Shown piece by piece: positions 24,446 through 32,379 of a stretch of DNA of 39,486 bases. The translations under genes and the position numbers were made by a program. Below the pieces are notes generated by a model, which saw only the letters and a program-made list of their open reading frames with translations, did no database searches and had not been told where the DNA came from. The DNA is from a virus. The first letter of the stretch is position 1, and the number at the start of each line of letters is the position of its first letter. The stretch covers positions 1 to 39,486 of IMG/VR virus record IMGVR_UViG_3300036717_000038. One strand, written 5' to 3'.

Positions 24446-24874
24446 TCATTGCGCCGGTGCTCGCGCTTCCTCGACGCGCTTCAAGATGCTGCGTGGAGGA
24501 TTCTTAGGTGCCGGTCCCGAAGACTTCCCCGACTCGTCAGCGTCGGTTTCATCCCCGGTCCCGGCGTTTGCATGGGGGCTTTTTCCATGCTCGATACGAG
24601 CGAATTCGACATCGTACTGTTGCTCGATGAGTTCGAAGGTGAAATTGTTGAGCTTCGCCATCGCTTCTTCAAGCTTGTCCGATGCCTTCATCCACCCTTG
24701 ACGGGTCAGATAGGGCCGCTTTTCTGCGTCACCAACGCCAAAAATATGCCGTGCCGCCGCGTCTTCGCACATGACTGTTTTCCCGGCCGGGAAAAAGTAG
24801 TCTTGCCCGTCGTAGCGGTCTGCAAGATCGAAATCGTTGTTGTTGGTAACTTTCAGCATGATAAGCCCTATCAA
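24446..24874 (-). CDS. Hypothetical structural-module protein (142 aa)
   Basis: ORF in the track within the co-directional late operon. Confidence 0.6.
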   Translation of the reverse strand: MIGLIMLKVTNNNDFDLADRYDGQDYFFPAGKTVMCEDAAARHIFGVGDAEKRPYLTRQGWMKASDKLEEAMAKLNNFTFELIEQQYDVEFARIEHGKSPHANAGTGDETDADESGKSSGPAPKNPPRSILKRVEEARAPAQ

Positions 24875-24889
24875 AAAAGAGATGAAAAA

Positions 24890-25987
24890 TCAGATCGGAA
24901 TGACGAAACTCTGATCTGTGACGCCGCCGGACGCGCCGGAAGCGAAGGTGGTTGCGCCAGGAATCGTGCCGTTCGACGCGAACGCGAGCGCAACTTGGTT
25001 CGACGCATCGACCTGATTCAGGCCGCCGTCGAGGATGGCGAACGACGCCAAGGTCGCCGATGTGCTGTACGCGGCATAGCCCAGGCGCGGGGTGTAAAGC
25101 TGCGTCGTGTAGGCCGGGTTGGTCGTGGTGTTCGAGCCAGCCGTGACCGCACCGCCGAAGAACGCAATGCTGCCGTTGCCCATGTTCGTGGCGCCGGAAG
25201 CAGTCGGCGCCGTGGTGACGGCAAAGCACATGATCGCGGTCGCCGCCGGCGAGCCGGCCAAACCGGCAATCGTGATCGTCGGCACGGCGGTGTAAGCCTG
25301 GCCTGGATTCGCCATCGTGAGCGCCACCAACTTGCCGGTGTTGGTCACGGTGTCGAGTGTCGCCGTGGCGGTCGCGCCGTTGCCGGGGTCGCCGTTGACA
25401 GGCGTGATCGTGATAGTTGGCGCAGATGTGTAGCCTGCGCCCTGGTTGGTCACGGTAATGCTGGTAACGGTGTTGCTGGTCAGTGTCGCAGTGCCAGTCG
25501 CAGCGAGTCCGCCTGCCGGAGGCGGGCTGAACGTCACCAGCGGCTGATAAACGTACCCACTACCGGCCGTGTTCACCACAACGGTGGTGCTGACGACGCC
25601 GCCAACAATCGCGTTGAAGGTTGCCGTGCCGGTAGTGGTCGCCACCACGCCTGGAGTCGAACTTGAACCTGCTGGCCAAAAGCCGTTCTTCGTCGTGTTG
25701 GCCGTGCCGCCGTTCGTGACGACAGCGCCAACAACGGTGCCGGTCGGGTTGAACAGGCGGTAGTTGTAACCGTCGCTGGACAGATAATGGCAGTTGCCCT
25801 GCGTCGGGCCTTGAAAGTTTTTCCACGTCAGCGACACGGGATCGTACCACTGCAGGAACGTGTACTTCCCAGGCATGACCATGTACTGCCCGTTCGGCAG
25901 AACCGCGTATTGACCGCTTTGCAGCGTGACGCCGGTCGAAGGGTTGGCAAGGCTTTTCAGACCCGAGCCAATTTGATTGAATGCCAT
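24890..25987 (-). CDS. Putative capsid decoration / surface protein (365 aa) with three GxGYxxxP-type modules
   Basis: AGGAGA lies upstream of the ATG, and the gene is immediately downstream of the major capsid gene. The modules are AGSGYVYQPLVTF, QGAGYTSAPTITI and NPGQAYTAVPTITI. Confidence 0.6.
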   Translation of the reverse strand: MAFNQIGSGLKSLANPSTGVTLQSGQYAVLPNGQYMVMPGKYTFLQWYDPVSLTWKNFQGPTQGNCHYLSSDGYNYRLFNPTGTVVGAVVTNGGTANTTKNGFWPAGSSSTPGVVATTTGTATFNAIVGGVVSTTVVVNTAGSGYVYQPLVTFSPPPAGGLAATGTATLTSNTVTSITVTNQGAGYTSAPTITITPVNGDPGNGATATATLDTVTNTGKLVALTMANPGQAYTAVPTITIAGLAGSPAATAIMCFAVTTAPTASGATNMGNGSIAFFGGAVTAGSNTTTNPAYTTQLYTPRLGYAAYSTSATLASFAILDGGLNQVDASNQVALAFASNGTIPGATTFASGASGGVTDQSFVIPI

Positions 25988-25999
25988 GTCGTTTCTCCT

Positions 26000-27004
26000 T
26001 TACAGCGTGATCGAGTTGTAGCCGCTGACCCGGCCCATCGCCTTCGGCTTGGTAACGACCAATTCCGCGATGGTCAGCAGCGCGCCGACGTAGCCAAGTT
26101 GCCAGTTCGAGAGCGTCGACTCAAAGCCGGTGAAGGCGAACGACGCTTGCTCGTGGATGTACAGGGACATGTAATTGCTGTTAGGCAAGTACATAATGCC
26201 TTCAGGGCAGTACGGGTCCGGGTAAATCGGCACGCCGGCCACCATCAGGGCAGTGAACGCGGAACGCGGGCCGTCTGCGTCGGAGCCGTCAAACGATGCG
26301 CCCGGCGTGACTTGGTAGACCTCCTGGCCGACGAAATCTTGCGCCAGCAGCGCCCAGGTTCCCATGCCCATAAGGCCAAATGTCGGCTTTTCGGCAGCGC
26401 TCTTGATGACACCGATAATGTATTGCAACACATTCTGCCGCGTCGGATTGACGGTCCCTGCTGCATAAACCTTCGATTTCCAGTACGGCGACGTGTTGCG
26501 GTTGATATTGCCGTAGGTGACGAGGTTGGTGCCGTCGTCGATCGCGCCCGGAAGGCCGATGAAGGCTTGCAGGTTCGTCGTGTTGTTGTAGAGCGCCGTC
26601 GCCATGATGTCGCACGAGACGTTCGTCGCGTCGTTCATCCGGGCATCGATCAGCGGAATGACCGCGTAATCCAACTGCACCGCGGCTTCCATACCGAGGA
26701 ACGGCACCGGCACAATTAGCGCCTTGAGGTTGAATTCCGAGAGGAACGCACCTTGCAACGCCGCCGGCTGGTTGAACGAACCGGAATAGTCCGTCCATTG
26801 GCCTTGCACGTAGCTGCCGCCCTGCACCGGGACGCTGACGGCAGAAACACCGCCTGACGCACCTTGCGAGTTCGAGAGCAACGCGGCGAGCAGCGGCGTC
26901 GAGTTGTAGAGTTGGACGACCAGCTTAGGCACGAATGCCCTACGGGTCACAGCCGTTAATTCTGCGGCGATTGAGCCAGACGGGACAATTCCTGTGCCTA
27001 TCAT
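26000..27004 (-). CDS. Major capsid protein (334 aa)
   Basis: AGGAGA lies 8 nt upstream of the ATG. The size, the position directly after the scaffold-like gene and the composition fit an HK97-fold coat protein. No search was run. Confidence 0.75.
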   Translation of the reverse strand: MIGTGIVPSGSIAAELTAVTRRAFVPKLVVQLYNSTPLLAALLSNSQGASGGVSAVSVPVQGGSYVQGQWTDYSGSFNQPAALQGAFLSEFNLKALIVPVPFLGMEAAVQLDYAVIPLIDARMNDATNVSCDIMATALYNNTTNLQAFIGLPGAIDDGTNLVTYGNINRNTSPYWKSKVYAAGTVNPTRQNVLQYIIGVIKSAAEKPTFGLMGMGTWALLAQDFVGQEVYQVTPGASFDGSDADGPRSAFTALMVAGVPIYPDPYCPEGIMYLPNSNYMSLYIHEQASFAFTGFESTLSNWQLGYVGALLTIAELVVTKPKAMGRVSGYNSITL

Positions 27005-27026
27005 GATGCGTTTCTCCTGTTAAAAA

Positions 27027-27563
27027 TCAAACTTTGATTTGGCCCTTGCCACGGATTTCATCCAATACAGAATGCGCCTTTGCAATTGCCCATTGATTGA
27101 GATTTCCCTTGAATGGCTTGGTGTCGACAGCCGGCATCGTCGTTTCGCGCACGTTGGCGCGCGCATCGCGCGGCGTCGGCTCGGCGGCCTTCTGCTGCAT
27201 GGCGTAGAACTCCGCTGCCGTCTCGTGATCCGGGATGTGCTTGTCGATCATCAGCTTTTCGATTGCCGCGATGTCGCCCTTGGTCGCCTTGCCGGCGTCG
27301 ATCAGCGCTTGCCGGCGGTTCAAAATGTTCCGCTCGGTCTCGTATTCCGCGTTCTTTTTCTCGGCGGCTTCGAGGCGCTTCAGGCCAGCTTCGAGCATCG
27401 TGTTGACCTGGGCCGGGATATCGACTTCGGGGATATGCGCGTTCGGGTTGGCGGCCTTGGACAGGTGCAGGAATCCCTTGCGGGTCTTCGGGTCGTTTGC
27501 CAATTGATCGGCCAGTTCGGCCAGGGCCGAAATTTCTTCTGCGGACTTTCCTTCGAGACTCAT
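27027..27563 (-). CDS. Putative scaffolding protein (178 aa)
   Basis: A highly helical, charged product immediately upstream of the capsid gene. Confidence 0.6.
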   Translation of the reverse strand: MSLEGKSAEEISALAELADQLANDPKTRKGFLHLSKAANPNAHIPEVDIPAQVNTMLEAGLKRLEAAEKKNAEYETERNILNRRQALIDAGKATKGDIAAIEKLMIDKHIPDHETAAEFYAMQQKAAEPTPRDARANVRETTMPAVDTKPFKGNLNQWAIAKAHSVLDEIRGKGQIKV

Positions 27564-27593
27564 GATATTTTCCTCTGACGTGGAGTTGATGGG

Positions 27594-27770
27594 TTACTTC
27601 GTATCACCTGGCTTACGCAGCGTCATATCGTTGCGCTTCATGGCACCGTTCTTCAGGCCGCCGATTTCGGACAGCCGAGGCGGGTTCGTGATGCGGCCAT
27701 TCTGGCGCGCGTTCGACGTTGGCTGACGAATCGCGGTTTGGCGGGGCTTGAACAAGGTATTTTCGGACAT
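27594..27770 (-). CDS. Hypothetical basic protein (58 aa)
   Basis: I chose the ATG at 27770 (MSENTLF...) instead of the track start at 27866. Confidence 0.45.
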   Translation of the reverse strand: MSENTLFKPRQTAIRQPTSNARQNGRITNPPRLSEIGGLKNGAMKRNDMTLRKPGDTK

Positions 27771-27783
27771 GACGATTCTCCAG

Positions 27784-28254
27784 TTATTGCATCGGGGGTT
27801 GCATCGGGGGCTTGGCTTGCATACCTGGCGGACCTGCTGGCGCGCCACCTGGGGGGCCACCTGCACCCTGCAAAGCCTTCATTTCAGGCGACATCCCGCC
27901 CATTTGCGGCAGGTTGTGCATCATCTGCATCAACTCGGCAGGGACCAATTCCTTCGATTTCCGGGCCGATTCGCCGAATTTCTTGCTCAGAATGCCCAAA
28001 ACCTTCAGGATTTCGGCACCTTCGTCAGTCTCGGAACCCAGGGCCGGGAGCGTTTGCTCAAGCAGATCCTGCGCGAGGCTGACGTTTATCATCGCATTCT
28101 GCTTCTCGCCCTGCTTTGGCTCCGGCGAAGACATCGGCGCGGATACGGGCGGTGCAGGCGGTTGCGCTCCGGGCTGTGCGGCGGCAGCGGGCGGCGCTGG
28201 CGGGCCTTTCATGCCACCGTTCACCACGTTCATCAGTTCGCTCGGGACGCTCAT
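27784..28254 (-). CDS. Hypothetical protein with Pro/Gly/Met/Gln-rich termini (156 aa)
   Basis: ORF in the track with low-complexity ends around a helical core. Confidence 0.55.
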   Translation of the reverse strand: MSVPSELMNVVNGGMKGPPAPPAAAAQPGAQPPAPPVSAPMSSPEPKQGEKQNAMINVSLAQDLLEQTLPALGSETDEGAEILKVLGILSKKFGESARKSKELVPAELMQMMHNLPQMGGMSPEMKALQGAGGPPGGAPAGPPGMQAKPPMQPPMQ

Positions 28255-28460
28255 TAGTGGCTCGTGGGCAATTGCAATGGGACACGCATGGCTTTGTCTT
28301 GAATCCCGCCGAAACTATATGCAGGAAGAACCAACAGACTCAATTCCTGAATAGTTTCGCCATTCTCGACAAGTGATCCGCGAGAAGGCACGGCGCTGAT
28401 CGTGCCATCCGCCTCGACATCGTATTCAATGACGATTTTCATGGTAGACATTCGCCCCAA
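28254..28460 (-). CDS. Hypothetical protein (68 aa)
   Basis: ORF in the track whose stop shares a base with the next start. Confidence 0.5.
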   Translation of the reverse strand: MGRMSTMKIVIEYDVEADGTISAVPSRGSLVENGETIQELSLLVLPAYSFGGIQDKAMRVPLQLPTSH

Positions 28461-28942
28461 ATGTAGAAGTCAGCCGTAGCAGCAGCGCCCTGCGCCGTCC
28501 CGATGCGGATATAGAGCGTGTCGGCCAGCCCCAGCGTCGTCGTATTGAGCACGGTGTTTGATGCGGCAGAAGCCAAGGTGAGATTCGCGTTTCCGACGCC
28601 CACGACTGTCAAGGCTGACAGCGCTTGGTCGGCGGCAAGCGCCGTGCCAGAACCGCCGCCGCCACCGGTCGCCGTGTACAGGCTGGCCGTGGCCGTCGTC
28701 AGCGACACCGAAGCGTTGTTGACTTGCAACTTTGTAACGGTGAAGTTCGTGCCGGGTAGGAGAAACAGCGTGACCGGGGTGTCGGTGTTCGTCTGGTTGA
28801 CGTTGACCTGAAGGGCATATCCGATAATGCGCGGAACGCCCAACGTCTTGGCCTGCGCGAAAAATCGGGTCTCAAGCGCTCGCCCGACGTTATTTCCGAT
28901 CAAAGCTAAGAGATTCATGGAAAATTGCTCCGGTAATTTCAT
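28439..28942 (-). CDS. Hypothetical beta-rich structural protein (about 167 aa)
   Basis: The start is ambiguous: ATG at 28942, or the later MNLL start preceded by GGAG. It is the first gene after the 330-nt gap below the portal gene. Confidence 0.55.
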   Translation of the reverse strand: MKLPEQFSMNLLALIGNNVGRALETRFFAQAKTLGVPRIIGYALQVNVNQTNTDTPVTLFLLPGTNFTVTKLQVNNASVSLTTATASLYTATGGGGGSGTALAADQALSALTVVGVGNANLTLASAASNTVLNTTTLGLADTLYIRIGTAQGAAATADFYIWGECLP

Positions 28943-29101
28943 GCATCCTATAACCAAAAAATATAGAATGCAAACTCTTTATACCGGGAAGTTATATTGT
29001 AGCGCGTATGGATGCTACATTGAGGCGGGATTTTGTTGCGGAGCAGGTCTGACGCCCTGTCCTCGTTGAGATTGAGTTTTCCCCCACCACGGGGGCGCCG
29101 A

Positions 29102-29131
29102 CTAACGGCGATGTTTGCGGCCTCTGCGCAT
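29102..29131 (-). CDS. Micro-ORF encoding MRRGRKHRR (9 aa)
   Basis: GGAAAGGAG ends 7 nt upstream of the ATG. The ORF is followed by the hairpin CCCCC-gtggt-GGGGG. Confidence 0.3.
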   Translation of the reverse strand: MRRGRKHRR

Positions 29132-29194
29132 GATTGCACTCCTTTCCTTTTCCGAGTTGAATGGCCGGTATGTCCGGGCTGTCCCGCGCTACGG

Positions 29195-29230
29195 TTACTT
29201 GCGCTTGTGTTTGCGTTTGCCGCGTGCCAT
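29195..29230 (-). CDS. Micro-ORF encoding MARGKRKHKRK (11 aa)
   Basis: AGGAGG lies 5 nt upstream of the ATG. The ORF is followed by the hairpin CGGG-acag-CCCG. Confidence 0.3.
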   Translation of the reverse strand: MARGKRKHKRK

Positions 29231-29284
29231 CACAACCTCCTATTTTCAAAGGGGCCACCTAGTTTAAGGCCGGCAGCCAGCGCC

Positions 29285-30928
29285 CTACTTCACCTGCTTC
29301 AAAGGACCGCCGCCATGCTTGGCCGCCTCCTTTTCATGTTCTGCCTGGGCTTGAGCCTTCGCAGCCTCGGCCTCTTTCTTCTCGATTTCCTTCAACTCGG
29401 TCAGGATGATTTCCTTGCCGGGTGGATCGAGCATTTCGACGAACCGGGCCCGGTTGATTGCCTTGGCTTCAAGCAACTCTCCCGCCATCGACTTGTGATC
29501 TTCGACGAACAGCGGGCTATTGCTGTGGCCGTCAACCTTGACAACATACGATTCCGTGAACTGCGAAGCGGCGAACTTCAGCCCGTCCTCGGCCTTGTAG
29601 ACTTTCTTATCGTACACCTGCATCCATTTCAAGTAAAGTGTGGACAGTTTCTCCAAGCAGTCCTCGATTGTTAGAGAGCGCTTCTTGATGCGCGCGGAGC
29701 CGAGGCGGGCGAGTTCGCTTGTCTGGCGCCCGCTGCGCACGCCGGATTCACCCTTGCCTTGCAGCAGGTTTTGCAGGCCGGACTGCTCTGCGAACATCTC
29801 GTCGATCATGCCGATTTCGCGGAACAGATCAGACGGGATCTCCGGCTTGAATTCCTCGATCTTCGCCATTGGGTCGCCGCCCATGTTGAGCCATCCGCCA
29901 GGCACATCCATGCCGTACAGTTTCTCGTCCGTTATGCCCATGCCGTTGTAGGACTTCGGCGGCCGCACTTGCTTGGCTAGCAGCATGCGCATTTGCCCGA
30001 TGCGCTCGTTGCGCCACCTCTGCAGGCCCGACAGTCGATCAACCTCGGACGAACCCCAATAATAATTGTAGAGCGGGCTTGGGCAAATCTGCACGAACGG
30101 CAGTTCGCCGTCGAGAAAGATGTTCTTGCGATCGTAGATCGTGACGCGGTTGTCGGCGCGCGTGACGACGCGGTAATCGCCGATTTCGTCGTCCCATACC
30201 CACAACTCCTGCATCTCGATCAGTTCCTCGTCCACCTTCGGGATGAAGCGGTTGCGGTCGGTCAGGTCGATGTTGACGTTGCCCTGGATGTTCGGCTGCG
30301 TGTTGAGGATGATGATGCGATCGAGGCCGGAAAGCTCGTAATTCAACTCCTTTTTGCTGCCTTGAAGAAAAGGTAGAAGAGTGTCCTTGTTCGGATGCTT
30401 TTCCAGCTTTCTGGTCAGTTCCGAGCGCGTGATGAAGTAGCTTTGCACAACGGCTTCCTGCCGGTCGGTATGCGGAATATCCTCTCGCAGCACGCCAAAC
30501 TGCTGCGGCTCGATCAAAAACGGGTTCAACTCGCCGTTTTCCGGGATCAGCTTGACGATCATCGTGTTGTAGACCAGCGCCCAGGTCACGCCCTCCCCGA
30601 AAATCAAATCCGCGTTGGAACTCAGCCAGTTGTCGCCGACGGCGCGGCCCAGGATCGGTATTTTGTTCGCTTCGGACTTATCGACCTCGGCTCCGGTGTG
30701 GATGGCGAACTTGGTCGTGTCGGCAGAGAACAAAAAGCTCATCAGCAGATCGATATGCGGGAAAATCTTGTTGTATGGGCTTTCCTCGTCGTCCTGCGAC
30801 CCGCCGAAGAGGTAATAGTTGCGCATCGTGGCGTAGTGCCGCGAGCGTTCTTCCTGCGAAACCATGCATTTCGTAATCAGATCGTTGAAAAACACGTCGC
30901 GCGCGTTATCTTCCTTCGGAATTTGCAT
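29285..30928 (-). CDS. Portal protein (547 aa)
   Basis: The size, the position between terminase and the scaffold/capsid genes, and the charged C-terminal tail (KEIEKKEAEAAKAQAQAEHEKE) support the call. It rests on position and size, not on a motif. Confidence 0.7.
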   Translation of the reverse strand: MQIPKEDNARDVFFNDLITKCMVSQEERSRHYATMRNYYLFGGSQDDEESPYNKIFPHIDLLMSFLFSADTTKFAIHTGAEVDKSEANKIPILGRAVGDNWLSSNADLIFGEGVTWALVYNTMIVKLIPENGELNPFLIEPQQFGVLREDIPHTDRQEAVVQSYFITRSELTRKLEKHPNKDTLLPFLQGSKKELNYELSGLDRIIILNTQPNIQGNVNIDLTDRNRFIPKVDEELIEMQELWVWDDEIGDYRVVTRADNRVTIYDRKNIFLDGELPFVQICPSPLYNYYWGSSEVDRLSGLQRWRNERIGQMRMLLAKQVRPPKSYNGMGITDEKLYGMDVPGGWLNMGGDPMAKIEEFKPEIPSDLFREIGMIDEMFAEQSGLQNLLQGKGESGVRSGRQTSELARLGSARIKKRSLTIEDCLEKLSTLYLKWMQVYDKKVYKAEDGLKFAASQFTESYVVKVDGHSNSPLFVEDHKSMAGELLEAKAINRARFVEMLDPPGKEIILTELKEIEKKEAEAAKAQAQAEHEKEAAKHGGGPLKQVK

Positions 30929-31508
30929 GGTTTTCTGCTGCCTTTACCTGTGCGGCGTTCGGTTCGTACTTTGCCACTTCGACGTGTTGCGCAAGCATAT
31001 CGTGCTTTTGCCTGCTCGAGACATTCGCCAATGTTACGGCAGAACCATCCTCCAAAGCAACCGAGACATGCCCGATATCGTCGCGCGCCACGGCGCTACC
31101 GCCTTGCGCTCCCTTGCTCGATATGGTTTCGATTGCCCCGTTTCCACCGCCTTCTCCCTGCCTGACCTTCTTGTCTGGTCCCATCACACCGCCAGGGGCT
31201 ACATCCTGCCACGTCGGGCCGAATTTCTCCTGCACCCACCGTTGATATTCCTCCGCGCGCTTGACCGCCATCGGGTCAGGCCGCTTCACCGGCTGGCCGC
31301 CCCGGTTGTCCATGTCGGTCAAACCGAACTGGTTGGCGAGGTTGCGCGTGATGGCGTCGAGATTCTTGGTGCGCTGCGTGCCGATGCCGGGAGCCTTCAG
31401 GTGGACGACGCTGACGAAGCCGGTTCCCTTGCAGCCGTGCGGACAGACGGCCTCGAAGCCCTCGAATATGCCGTGCGCGAGGCAGTTGTAGTCATGCAGG
31501 ACGGCCAT
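30906..31508 (-). CDS. Hypothetical protein with N-terminal Cys/His cluster (200 aa)
   Basis: YNCLAHGIFEGFEAVCPHGCKGTG suggests a zinc ribbon. The start overlaps the upstream stop (TAATG). Confidence 0.6.
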   Translation of the reverse strand: MAVLHDYNCLAHGIFEGFEAVCPHGCKGTGFVSVVHLKAPGIGTQRTKNLDAITRNLANQFGLTDMDNRGGQPVKRPDPMAVKRAEEYQRWVQEKFGPTWQDVAPGGVMGPDKKVRQGEGGGNGAIETISSKGAQGGSAVARDDIGHVSVALEDGSAVTLANVSSRQKHDMLAQHVEVAKYEPNAAQVKAAENHANSEGR

Positions 31509-31909
31509 TATCGAAGACCTTTCGGAAAATGCGTTGCTGCCGAAAATGCTGTCAACAGCAGATTGGAAATCTGGTCAGCCACAGCCTTTCGCAAGGCTTC
31601 CCAAGCTTTATACCTGAATTCTTCTTCCTTGAACTTATACCGATCAATTTTCACGTTTGTCTCCATCGCGTGTCCGTTCATGGAAAACTTGGCGAATAGA
31701 ATATATTGAGAATTCTTAAAATCATCCAAGCAATGGACAACGCACTCAAAATTGGTGTCGGCGACTCGAATACTATCGATGATTTTTTGCTGCGCTTTTT
31801 CTTCAAGTTCCTTGAGTAAGCGCACGGATTCATCGGTCGGCGCGCGATGCTCGGTGATATTGACATTTTTTGTGACATGCTCTGTCACCTGACGAATGGT
31901 GTCAAACAT
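31508..31909 (-). CDS. Hypothetical protein (133 aa)
   Basis: I chose the ATG at 31909 (MFDTIRQ...), a TAATG overlap with the upstream stop, instead of the track start at 32293. Confidence 0.55.
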   Translation of the reverse strand: MFDTIRQVTEHVTKNVNITEHRAPTDESVRLLKELEEKAQQKIIDSIRVADTNFECVVHCLDDFKNSQYILFAKFSMNGHAMETNVKIDRYKFKEEEFRYKAWEALRKAVADQISNLLLTAFSAATHFPKGLR

Positions 31910-32379
31910 TATCGTAGCCCCTTCGGTAGTTGGATGGTCGGCGCAACCTTGAAAATGTCCATGAACTTCGGCATCGCGCGCGGCTCCGCTAGCTGCACGC
32001 CCTTGGTCAGCGTCGGCCCGGTCAGGCCCAGCGACACGCGGCGAACGATCGGCATCGGCCTGGTCGGCTCGTTCAGGTGCAAAATCTTGCCGTCGCGCTT
32101 GACGATCATGCCGCAGGCTTCCTTGATAAGCCAGCGCGAGAGCCTCGTCTGCCGCTGCTTGCCGAAATACTTGGTGTTGCGCAACTGCCGGAAGTCCTTG
32201 CCGTCCATCATCCAGCGCAACGCCGTGCGGGATATGGCGACTTCTCGCTCGATGTCGACGAAGGTGATTTCGTTCTGGTAGGTATTCGCCCACTTCCTCG
32301 GCTTCCGGTGACGCAGCAACAAGCGCCGAATCTCTTCCATCGGCAGCATGTCGAACTCTTCGGAGTATGGTGTTGTCAT
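31909..32379 (-). CDS. Hypothetical basic protein (156 aa), possibly DNA-binding
   Basis: ATGA-type overlap with the terminase stop. The product is Arg/Lys-rich. Confidence 0.55.
   Translation of the reverse strand: MTTPYSEEFDMLPMEEIRRLLLRHRKPRKWANTYQNEITFVDIEREVAISRTALRWMMDGKDFRQLRNTKYFGKQRQTRLSRWLIKEACGMIVKRDGKILHLNEPTRPMPIVRRVSLGLTGPTLTKGVQLAEPRAMPKFMDIFKVAPTIQLPKGLR

Noticed and set aside
24287-25666. 459-aa plus-strand ORF. Similar long antisense ORFs occur at 17178-18143, 23261-24103, 25787-26719, 2615-3808, 6025-6903 and 5203-6012.
   Set aside because: All lie antisense to confidently coding genes and have an extreme Arg/Gly/His composition. They lack RBSs and break the otherwise strict strand organisation, so they are typical shadow ORFs of GC3-rich genes.
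31508-32293. 261-aa version of the ORF ending at 31508. Similar N-terminal extensions appear in the track ORFs 32376-34310, 18112-19308, 34392-35060, 19226-19792, 4966-5652 and 872-1867.
   Set aside because: The extensions overlap the upstream genes out of frame and have Arg-rich shadow composition. Internal starts give exact ATGA/TAATG/GTGA coupling with the upstream stops.
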